The notes below the pieces were generated by a model, which was not told where the DNA came from, searched no databases, and worked only from the letters and a program-made list of their open reading frames with translations. The translations under genes were made by a program, and so were the position numbers. A stretch of 64,000 nt of DNA from the human T2T-CHM13v2.0 reference genome, Homo sapiens. The first letter of the stretch is position 1. Each line of letters begins with the position of its first letter. Where the stretch lies: assembly GCF_009914755.1 (NCBI RefSeq), contig NC_060936.1; one strand, given 5' to 3'. Below are positions 14,790 to 59,015 of this stretch, piece after piece.

Positions 14790-16420
14790 TAATTCAAACA
14801 TGGCAACAGTTCGACTTCAAAGGCGAACCCACAGACCTCCCAGACACAGGCTCCCGGGCCACGAGAAACCGGCCGAGCAGTCCGGGCCAAGCTCCCCGGA
14901 ACCCTCGGCCGTCGCAACCCCCGACGCCAGGGCTGAAGCGCCGGGCACTGCCGCCTCCCTCGGTCGCCCGCCCGCACGCCCGGAGCGGGGAAGCACGCCG
15001 CCTCCCTACGCACCAGCATGGCACCTCGCACAAGTAGCGCCGCCAAAGTTTCCCCACGAGGGGGCTGAGGGACAAAAGCCCCTCCCGAAACTCGCCCGAA
15101 CTTCGAGGGCCTCCGACCTGCACGGCCCTACGCCCAGGCGGCGGCCCCGAGCGCCGGGGGCCCGCACGGGCACATGCAGCCCTTTGTTTTCTGTCCAGCC
15201 GGGCGCTGCCTACGTGCAGCATCAGGGATGTCGGAGCGTTTCGCAGGGGCCGGACACTGGACGATCACCCTGGGTAGGGGTCCGGACCCCGCGCCCCGAA
15301 GAGTCCGGAGCCTGGCCCCCCGACCCTCCCCTCGGGAGCAGGCCCATTTAATCAAAGTTTTGCAGTGTCCTTGATGAGAAACGCCCGGAGTATCCGCCCC
15401 GCACGGGCGGAGAGTTGGCGACTTTCACTCTGCTTTTTAAACTGGCAAGACGCCATCATCAGCAAACCACATTGTCCTGCCGGCCGGACCTGCCCGACGG
15501 CGGCCGCATCCCACGGCTCACGCGGGGCTGGACATTCGGACAAGGACCAGGGTCGCAGCCCGAAGCACGTGGTCTGTCACGTAGAGCACAAAAAGCAGTG
15601 CCCTGCGGAGTTCACTGACTCCCGCGGCGTACACAACGCCGCCGCCTCCATCTCCAGCCAAGTTGGCTTCCCTGGCCATCTTACAGCGCGGACGGCCGCC
15701 CATAAACGGGAAGCCCTCGCGGTGTCGCCCACACCTACGCTACAGGTGAACGCACCGGGAGCAAAACTTCGGGCTCCGAAAGCACCCCGGACACCAGAGG
15801 CTCTTGGGCGCGGTCCGAAGAGGGCAGGCGAGTGGAAGACGGGCTGTTTTTAAGCGACCGCGTGTTGCTCTCATTGTCGCATCCGCATCCCTCCGGAGTT
15901 GAGCAAACAACGCCACGCCGCGTGCGCTCCGGCAGAGCCCAGCACTGACCCCCAAAGGCCGATTTAAAGACCCTCGGCCGCCAGCTCGGAAGCGGATGGC
16001 AACTTAGTTTCCGAGCGAATGGCGTTTATTGTCCACCCTAGTCCGAGGGCTGCAGTCAACTAAACCACGAGGTTTCACAACGGCGCCCGACCCTGCCCGC
16101 GCCTCGCGCCCACGCGGACGCACCGACCCCGGCCGCTGCGCGGTGGCCAACGAGTCGCTTTCCTCTCGGGCCTTTCGGCCGCCGGGCTCCTTTCCGCGAG
16201 AGAACACTGCGGCGGAGAAAAGTCATTGTCACCTTCAACGTGGATCCCTCAACTCCGGCGACTCCTCAATTATGCCCAGGCTCCACTCACTTCCCCGCCC
16301 CGAGACTTTCGGTTTGCCTCAAATACCCTCCCCAATTAATAAATACACACTAAACACGAGCGTACCAAAGAACCTGGGGTCTGAAGATCACGAAAACAGC
16401 GCTCCCAACAATGCCACCTC
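14790..16420 (+). ncRNA. Candidate single-exon antisense transcript within the CpG island (recalled as FLJ13224)
   Basis: Plus-strand ATG 14800 in strong Kozak context (aaacATGG) opens a 183-aa low-complexity ORF. AATAAA at 16338-16343. The name rests on recall of the locus only. Confidence 0.4.
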
Positions 16421-16553
16421 CAAGACAAAACTTCCTGTGTGTATGTGGAAGGACGGGGGGAGGTGGGTGGAGGTGAAAAGAGAAAAAAAAAAACACTGAA
16501 ATCAAAGCCTCGTGAGACAGTTTTGCACTAGAAGCATGGTGAGAGTCACTCAC

Positions 16554-16720
16554 CTTCCAAAAGCAGCCGTTCCACGCGCAATAATGTCCCCGAGGTGCGG
16601 AGTGCACGCCAGGCCAGTCCCCCTCAAGCGCTCCCTCCTCCTCAACTGCCTTGTCTAGAAAGATAGTCTCCTGCAGTTCTGCAGTTGCTACCGCTGGCCG
16701 GGAAGGTGTAGATTCCGCTT
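16554..16720 (-). other. SINHCAF: SINHCAF (FAM60A) non-coding exon 1; intron 1 runs off the left edge of the window
   Basis: Minus-strand GGAGACTATCTTTCTAGACAAGGCAGTTGAGG...GGCTGCTTTTGGAAG matches my recall of the FAM60A 5'UTR. Perfect donor AAG|GTGAGT at 16554/16553. Exact TSS not determinable. Confidence 0.75.
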
Positions 16721-16726
16721 TCCCTC

Positions 16727-16945
16727 TGCGCACGCGCGGCTCCCGGCACAAAATTCTCTTGAATCGAACTTATTTGCATACGGGCGCGCGCACGTTGCGG
16801 GCTGGGAGGGGGAGAAGTCCCGGCGACCGCGCGCGCTCCCGAGGCCTCTATTGTCCTTTTAAGGGGAGAAGCTCCGCGGCGCGGGAAACGCGGCGGCCAG
16901 AGGGAAACGGGGGCGGGGACTGCTTACTACGGCGGACGTCACATA
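16727..16945 (-). promoter_or_regulatory. Proximal promoter motifs: NRF1-like (16727-16737), octamer ATTTGCAT (16772-16779), E2F GCGGGAAA (16881-16888), GC box (~16910-16918), CRE-like GACGTCA (~16935-16941)
   Basis: Direct motif matches immediately upstream of exon 1. Confidence 0.6.
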
Positions 16946-18084
16946 AACAAACGCCCCCCCCCCCGGCTGCAGGCCGCGGCGGAGAGGGAGAGGCGAGGTG
17001 GGAAAGGGAAAGGTTAGCAACTGAGGGGAGGGCTGCGCTGCTTGGCGTGTTTTCCGCCCCCGAAGTTGTTAGGGGCACCATTGAGCGCTGAAAAATTGTT
17101 CTGAAAGCTGCTTTTGCAAAATTCTCACACCTGTCCCCACTGTCGGTGACAGAGGAGGTGGTCTTGTAAGCACCCAGACTGAATTTATACTAATCCCACG
17201 TTTCCTAAATTTTGTTTGAAGTTAGGTTTTTGAAGCTTGTAAAAAAAAAATCCTCTGGGGCCAGCAAAGGTTTAGTTTTTGTGCAGTTGTAATGAGTCGT
17301 TTAATAAAGTCCCATTTTAACACCCTAGCCATTCGCTAACTCCCGCTTGCCCTTCTCAAATAGTAACCCAACCCATAACAATCCAGTTTTTTCCTCCACT
17401 TCGGCCTTAAGATTTCAAGTCTCTCCGAATTGAATGATTGTTAATTTCCGTGGGAACAGTGCCGCTTTCTTTAAAAGACTAGGCATTGGAAAGCCAATAA
17501 CCTAGGGACAGGCATACCTCCTCTAGCAGCTTGTAAAGGGTGTTCCACTCACCCAGAAATAATTCCAGTAACTGGTGGTCTTGGGAATGGAAAAAATAAC
17601 GAGTGACGTACAGACTTTTCAATGCAGAATATGTAATAATTCAACAATCTAAGCGCTTTCTAGACTCCGGAAGAAAAAAACTGAAGTAACTCTTCTCAGA
17701 TTGATAAGAGGAAAATGAAAACCGAATGATTGATTCGCCTTTGTCCCAAGGACACACTTAACACCAACAGGCAGAAACCCGGGGTTAATGATAGAGGGTG
17801 GGGAGAGAGGAAGGATGTTTTTCCCAGAAACTTGATATTGGTCCCAAGTTACAAAAGTGTGAAAATCAACCATAAAACTTAATCATCTGCTGACACGTTT
17901 CGCTGCTTTCACTGCAGTGTCAACAATACAGATTTAAATAGTTACTTCTGAAATGTTAATTTAATTCAACAGGCAATTCCTAGTACATACAGTATAAACC
18001 CACTTCTGAACTCCTCAACTAATACTTCTTTATTTTTCTTTAGGTTCTGTAACATACTATTCCTGTAACTGTATATGAAAACTA

Positions 18085-20691
<2,607 letters not shown>

Positions 20692-21053
20692 TCAAAGTAT
20701 AGGTCAAGAAGTAATCTGGGTAAGTTTTTTAGGAAGGGTAGCTACAAAATTCTTTTTTAAAATTTTTTATTACTTTTTAATTTTTCTTTGATAATCCTAT
20801 TGCAATAAACAAAATTCTCAAAGAAAAATCGGAATTCCATAGTCTTTTTTTTTAAAGCAACCACCTGCTATTTTTGAACAACCAAGTGCATTCCGAAGGT
20901 TCTTTTGTCCAGTTTGTTGCTTGAACATGTCATTATGGATGGCCCTACCCAGGCCCAATAGCTCATGTATGGGTTACTTTTAACTACTACTACCTAAATT
21001 GCCCAAGTGAATTTTTCAACGTGAAAAAGGAAAGAAGGAAATACAAGAAGTAA

Positions 21054-22652
<1,599 letters not shown>

Positions 22653-23665
22653 TTACCAGTAACAAAAATAATTTTTCGTTAAGAAGAATATTGAAAAACT
22701 AGAATGAGTTCACAGTAGGGTAAATCAGGACAATGAGGAAGGATGGAAACCATAGCATAAAAGCAATAATAGAAGGAAGGCTGTGTTTCGATTGAGTAAG
22801 AGGGCAATCTTTGACTATCTGAAGGATTGTCCTTAGTAGAGGGATGGACTTGTTTTATCCTTTGGAACAAAATTAGTCTTGAAAATCAAAAGAATGATGC
22901 TAAACATGATAAAATTTCCCAGACATACAAATAGTCCAAGGATGGTTCAGGATACTTCCAAAGGCAGCTCCTCATCACTAAACAAACAGATAAAATCAAG
23001 ATAATGCTTTTAAAAATTCATTCAATGAATTGCATTACTTACAATATGAAGCTAGCTAACCTCTCTGAACTCCTGTTGAATTTTATGAATCTTTGATTGC
23101 ACGGAATAGACTAGTGATACCATCAATAATGTCTCAAGGTCATGAGGTGTTTACATCACTGTGGCCACAGAATAAAGTGTGAGAAATAAAAGAAAAAAAA
23201 AGTAAGTACCAGGGACTTAACCATGTATGGCAAGGGGATCAGATCTAATCTGGAGGTAAGAGAAGGCTTCTTTGAGGAAGTGACATTGAGATATTAGTAG
23301 GATTCGATGGAGAAGTGGGAGAGAGGGAAAGAGTGTTGAACCAGTGGCAACTTCAGGAACAACGGGTGTTAGAAAAAGACAAGACTAAGAGAAAAAAATG
23401 TGTCTTTGACTAAATAAAAGTCAGAATAAAAGATTGCAAATGAGTCCTGTTTGAGGGAAAAGATGGTATCAGGTGTTGGAGACAGAGATTTAAGCCCTGT
23501 GAATTTGGAAGTTACATCGGAGTTGGACGTAATTGCATGCCAAAAGCATACCTCAGAGATGAACCCCTATAATTAGGTTACAAATGGTTTAATCAATGTA
23601 TGTTTCTTCTACCAAAATTTAGTTTTCTAAATGTCAATAAGAAGTTGATCCCCACCGCTATCCCC

Positions 23666-23900
23666 AGGCCAGGTGCAATGTCTCAGGCTTGTAATCTCAA
23701 CACTTTGGGAGGCCAAGGAAGAGAATCGCTTGAGACCAGGGGTTTGAGGTTGCAGTGACCTATGATAGCACCACCACACTTCAGCCTGGGTGACAGAGCA
23801 AGACTCTGTTTCAAAAAAAAAAAAAAAAAAGAAAAAAAAAAGAAGAAGAAGAAGTGGAAGAAGAAGAAGGAGAAGGAGAAGAAGAAGAAAGAAAAAAAGA
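23666..23900 (+). mobile_element. Monomeric Alu (FAM/FRAM-like) with A/GAA/GGA-expanded tail
   Basis: Single-arm Alu; tail aaagaagaagaagaagtggaagaagaagaaggagaag; flanking repeat aagaag(t/c)tgatcccc. Confidence 0.8.
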
Positions 23901-24114
23901 AGCTGATCCCCCAGACATAGAGTTCACTTCCTGGAAAACCCACTGTTCTAACTATTCAAGGCATCACTAAAGGCAAGCATGCTACATCATCAACAGATGA
24001 TGAACAAGTGAATGAGTGGACACATAATAGTCAAAGAGACATGCTGCATTGCCATTTCTAAAAGCTTTGGTGATAAAATATTGAGGAATCTGGAAGAACT
24101 TACTTATTGATTTA

Positions 24115-28315
<4,201 letters not shown>

Positions 28316-28869
28316 GGTACCTACTTATATAAATAAATATACAACCAAGAAGTCCATAAAAGCTCTTCTTTCCTCTACCCAGAACTCTCTTCCCCCTCAT
28401 CTTTGATCGTTTAAATCCCATCATCCTTTGAGGCCTGACTCGAATGCCAGCTCACGTCAGTAATGGTCATGGATTGATTTCCAGCTCTGGATCCAGCATC
28501 GCTCTGCACACCCACATATTTTATCTTCCTTCACAATAATCTTCACAAGAATCCTGACATAGATGCTGGTCTTTCCTATTTACATAGGAAAAAATGGGCC
28601 TTTACAGTTATGAAGCTTATTCAGTGTCACATGTGTCATAAATTAGTGATGGAGATGAGATAAGAAACCTCACCTCCTGACCTGGTTCATTCGGAATTCA
28701 TTCTACTTTACTCCATGGACTTCGCCCTAATCGCTCAAACAGGAAGCAATACTTTCTTCCTCTCAACTCTTCTAACACTTGGTGAGTGCCTCTGAAAGCA
28801 CATATTAGTTTCTACTTTATGTTTCATTTATCTGTGTACAGCCTCACATCTCTGTATGAGAATGAGAGC

Positions 28870-29045
28870 TGATTCTAATCATTTCAATCCATAGATGGCA
28901 TAAAAATCACCTGTGATCTTTTAAAACACATTTATGTCACAGACTGAAGGAATCAGAATTTCTACACTTGGTACCTGGCTATCTGCATATTTTTAAACCT
29001 GCATAGTTGATGCTGATGCACACTAAGGGCTTAGGACAGCTAGCT
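28870..29045. mobile_element. MER5-like hAT DNA transposon remnant
   Basis: aatcacctgtgatcttttaaaa...gaatcagaatttct...atctgcatatttttaaac...tgatgctgatgcacactaagg. Confidence 0.6.
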
Positions 29046-29097
29046 TCATCCAAGCTTGATTCATCTTTGAATTTCCATAGTGCCTTCAAATAGCAAA

Positions 29098-34770
<5,673 letters not shown>

Positions 34771-34830
34771 AGAATTAGGAGCAAAGGTGGATGACTTGGT
34801 CTTGGTCTTGAGCGATAGAAGGATATTTCA

Positions 34831-36884
<2,054 letters not shown>

Positions 36885-38364
36885 TCAATCAATCGAAATG
36901 TAAGCAATTAATGTAACCGCGAGCACAGATTTACAAGCTTTCTCCATTTGACATAAGATTTATTTATCTGGGTTGGTGTTTTCCTGAGTTTCATTTCTAT
37001 TTTTAGGTTTGAGTTTCTTTCTAAGGGACATGTGGATACGACTTGTAAATTATAAGCTTGGCGTTTTGGCAACTGCAATAACAAAAACCTGAAGCAAGAA
37101 GATTAAAAACCCCGCCTGGCCTGGACGCACTTCACTTACTTTGTTAGACTGGTAACTTCTTGCCAACAGAAACTTAAAGAAGCACTTTCTGCAATTAATA
37201 TGGTAACTACCATTAATGGCTTTGTTTTCTCCAGACAAGCCAACAGCACTGGCATTAGTCTTTAGTCTAGATGAACTGGTTCTGAGAAATGAAAAGCATG
37301 GGAGACAGAATAGCACCCAGCAGCGAATCTAGCTGCAAAATGCTTTTTGGTCCTCCAAGGTGAATTAAAACCTTGAACTTAGAAGCCGATATGACAGACT
37401 TTATTTAATGTGTCAGAAATGACTGGTGACACAAGCTTTGTAACCTCCAGTCCAAATCTTACTAAACATGCAGACCACTCTCCATAGCCCCTGGGGCACC
37501 AAGCCTCAGGGACGCCCACAGCTCCCTGGCTCTCCAGATCCAGATTGGTGGCACTTCATCCTCTCCCAAAATACTTCCCTTGGATTCTTCATACCTCAAG
37601 GGGTCTCTAACCCACTTTCCTACATGCAGCTGCAGACCTACAGCTAAGGTGGGACTGAGGGAGGGAGAGAATGAATGTTCGCTATTGGGCTCTAGTACCA
37701 AGTACGTTATCTACTTTATCTCCTTACCTCACACTATCCCTGTAAACTAAGCATTATTCTTATCATCCTCATTTTATCACTGAGCAAAATGAGCTTGAGA
37801 GAAATGAAGTAACACACTGCCAGTCTCACAGCTAGTAAGTGGTGGAAATGGGCTCCTACTCAGGACCTTTTGAATTCAAACATGGCAGGCTTCATTAATC
37901 TGCATTGTAAACCAGGATTTTACCTACTTAGTTTATACCAGATAATTTCCTGAGAAAGAGTTGCCTCTTCCCAGTTTGTCTGTACTAAGTGTGTGTGGAG
38001 GAGTCCGACAGCTTAACCACGCAGTGAACGTCCCCCAAGACATTTTGTACTTAGTGCCAACAAGGGAGGATCAACCTGGGCTTTAATCTCCTTGGTGTGA
38101 TAAGAGAGACATGGACCATTTAATAAGTGTAGTGCTGAAGTTAGGGGGTGCAGGTAGGCACAGCAGCCCCGGAGGAGATGAGGTCCTGGCTCACAGGTCC
38201 TGAGTTCCCAGATAGCACAATGAGCTGCCAGTTCCCTTCCAGCACCAGAAGTAACATATCACAGGGCAACGTGGCTTTACCCTTCTCCAGGAGAGTTTCG
38301 TACCCATGGTCTCACTTAAACTTCAAACACTATACTCAGAAAATAAAGTGGCAAGGAAACATTA

Positions 38365-41207
<2,843 letters not shown>

Positions 41208-41485
41208 TCATTCATAATGTTTACTACAGTTTGCAATTATAATTGTACATTCATTGATATGTTAATTTGTTCAGTATCTTTTTTCCCCATAGACTGAAAG
41301 TTCCCTGGGAGCACAAATCACATGTCTTTTGTGTACTGCAGTATGCCCACCCCCACTTACCAAAGTGCCTGAGACATAGTAGGCCTTTAATAATTGTTGA
41401 ATGAATAAATTAATGTCCTCCTGATAGGCATACTTGATGGTGAAACTAGACATCAGAGCCTGATGCAAGTAAATATTTAAGTCAG

Positions 41486-41829
41486 TTATATAGTTTGGCT
41501 GTGTCCCCACCCAAATCTCATCTTGAACTGTGGTTCCCATAATCCCTACATGTCGTGGGAAGGACCCAGAAGGAGGTGATTGAATCATGGGGGCAGTGAC
41601 CCTCATGCTGTTCTCGTGATAGTGAGTGGATTATTTTCCCGGGCTTTGCTCAGCACTTCTTGCTGCCGCCATGTGAAGAAGGACACCTTTGTTTCCCCTT
41701 CTGTCATGATTGTAAGTTTCCTGAGGCCTCGCCAGCCATACTGGAACTGAGTTAATTATACTTCTTTCCTTTATAAATTACACAGTCTTGGGTACGTCTT
41801 TATTACCAACACGAGAATGGACTAATATA
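41486..41829 (+). mobile_element. THE1-family solo LTR (MaLR)
   Basis: ttatatagtttggctgtgtccccacccaaatctcatcttgaactgtgg...gaatggactaatata; perfect 5-bp TSD GTCAG (41481-41485 / 41830-41834). Confidence 0.92.
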
Positions 41830-41830
41830 G

Positions 41831-52520
<10,690 letters not shown>

Positions 52521-53969
52521 TTAATTTCATCTCTGCCCAACCCTGGGAAACGGTCTATTAGCAGACGCAGAGGATAAGGCACAGGACGATCAGGTAACAC
52601 ACCCAGGGCCAAATATCATAAATGGCAGAATTCAAATTAAAGCCACCTTCCAAGCCATGTCCCTCCCATCGTCACAATACTGCATGTCTACAGCACAGTT
52701 GATGGGCATAACCCTTCTTAGCAACAGCAAGCAGCTGAGCAGAAAGTAATTGCAGGAGGCAGAGCCAAGAGGAAAACTGCTGAGAGTGCTGACGGTAGGT
52801 GGAGAGAACAGAAGCACACACCGTAGGGTGCAATCTTAGTGAGCTTTGTTTTCCTTCAATAGAGGTGAGTTCAGACCCAGGCATGTCTCTCCAACATTCA
52901 TTTCCCCTGCTTCGGCACCATAGACTTGAAGGATTGGACTCAGGAGTTGGGGAGGACACGGGGGAAGTTGCTTTCCTGGTGCTGAGGCCCCCGGCCACCG
53001 TGGTAGTGTACAGCAAGTACAGGGTAACAGAAGGGCCAGCAGGAGGACACGGTGCAATGGTGTACCGAGGGACAGGAGAGTGAATCAGAGCCACAGGACA
53101 GAGCTCCACCTGTTTCCAGGGAAGTGCATGGGGGGCTCCCGGAAGCCAAAGGCAGCGCCCAGAGGCAGTGTGAAGAGGCCTTCCTCAGACCTCAGGGTTT
53201 CGGCAGGGATAGTGGGTGACCTGTGTGCTGGCTCTCCAGAAACTGAAAGCAGCAAGAGACACTTGGGCTCCTTTTTTAGTTTTTCTGGTTTGTTTTGTTT
53301 TGTTTTTTTGCAGGCACTCGGTGGTTAGCTGGAAATAAAGGTGGAGGAACTGGGCAGTTCAAAGGCAGAGACGGCTTCCCCCACCCCCACCTCACCTCCC
53401 CTTTCATTCAGAAAAGCCACAAAAGCGTGGCCCCAGGGTGTGTGTGAAAGGAGGGAGGAGTGACTCCACCTAGCTCCTCTGGAGTAAAGAGAGGCTGTGG
53501 GCCTGGTGTCGTGCGTGCATGCCTGCATGTGCCTGTGTGTGTGCATGCTTGCCTGGTGCTCAAGGGTCAGGGGAAGCTGGCTGAGAAGACTGAGGAGATG
53601 GAGGGAGGTGGAGGGAAGTGTAATAGAAGGAGGTGGAGGAAGGTGGCTGCCATAGAGCTTTGGCTCTGGCTGGCCTGAGTCTCTTCCTGAAGTTGCAGCT
53701 GCACTTTGGGGCCAGGCGCTGTTGACACTGTGGGTATAAACATGTGGCCAGCAGCAGAATAGAGACTCAGAGTCTTGAGAAAGAAAGTGGTGACTTCCCA
53801 CTCCTCCTTCCTTCTTTCCTGTACAGAGTCTGCCATCTGGGGGCAGAGATATGGGCAAGCCCTCATTATAATACTAGCAGTGAAGGGCTGGGCATGACAG
53901 GTGGAAACACCACTGACTCTAGAACTCAGAGCATGGAATTTGGTATGGTGGCAGGCAGGGGTCCAGAGG

Positions 53970-54504
53970 TAGTATTTGTTATCTATTGCTGTGTAACGAA
54001 TTAGCTTAAGGTATAGCAGTTCAAGAGAAGAAATGTTTATTATCTCACAATTTCTTTGGGTCAGAAATACAGGTGTGGTTTAGCTGAATGCTTTCTGGCT
54101 GAAGGTGTTTCAGGACGTTACAGTCATGCCACCAGCTGGGGCTGCCAACTCATCTGAAGGCTCAACACAGGGGGACCGGAGTCCAAGCTCCCTCACATGG
54201 TCACCAGCAGGATTCAGTTCCTCGAAGGCTGTCATTTAGAGGCCTCCCTCCGTCCCTCCTTACAGGTCCTTCTCACAGGGCACTTCGTGACATGGCAGCT
54301 GACTTTCTGGAGACCATCCAAGTGAGAAAGAGCCCTTAGAAAGAAGTGACAGTCTTTATATAACCTAATCTCAGAAGTGACAACTCATCCCTTCTACAAG
54401 GTTCTATTATTCAAAATTGCATCTGTAAATCCAGCTCACTCAAGGGAAAGGGATTACTAGGAGATAGGGGTCACTGGGGGCCATTCTAGAGGCTCCCTGT
54501 CACA
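53970..54504 (-). mobile_element. MLT1 (MaLR) LTR
   Basis: ttatctattgctgtgtaac...tttattatctcacaatttctttgggtcagaaat...ggggccattctagaggctccctgtcaca; AATAAA (minus) at 54036-54041. Confidence 0.85.
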
Positions 54505-54783
54505 GCATCCAAGCTGAGACCTACAGAATGACAGGAGTTCACCAGGCAGGGAGGCAGGAGGGAGTTGGGGGACGGCAGGTGCAGTGAACCATGGTTGTAA
54601 CTCAGTATGGCTGCACAGAGAGCACTGCCTGAGGGTGAGCAGTGCTGTGGAGAGGCCAGCAGGGCCCAGAACTTGTACCATCTTTTAACCCAGGTTTGTA
54701 AGGGTGGACTTTATCCTGCAAGCATGAAGATCCTAAAGCTTGAGGCTAACGGTTAAGATTTGGCTTTAGAAAGATTACACTGC

Positions 54784-56777
<1,994 letters not shown>

Positions 56778-56789
56778 TTAAAAAACAAA

Positions 56790-59015
<2,226 letters not shown>

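Larger units (their letters stand above)
14200..17100. promoter_or_regulatory. SINHCAF: CpG island / promoter region of SINHCAF (FAM60A)
   Basis: Very high GC and CpG density over ~2.9 kb, free of Alus. Contains two minus-strand splice donors and GC-box, E2F, NRF1, octamer and CRE-like motifs. Confidence 0.9.

Noticed and set aside
14078-17091. Many overlapping Arg/Pro/Gly/Ala-rich ORFs on both strands
   Set aside because: Expected from stop-codon scarcity in a CpG island; no recognisable domain. Only the 14800 ORF has a strong Kozak context, and it is left uncalled as CDS.
53505-53552. TGCATG repeats as a p53 site or RBFOX cluster
   Set aside because: Part of a degenerate (TG/CA) low-complexity tract; half-sites mismatch the p53 consensus and no exon is nearby
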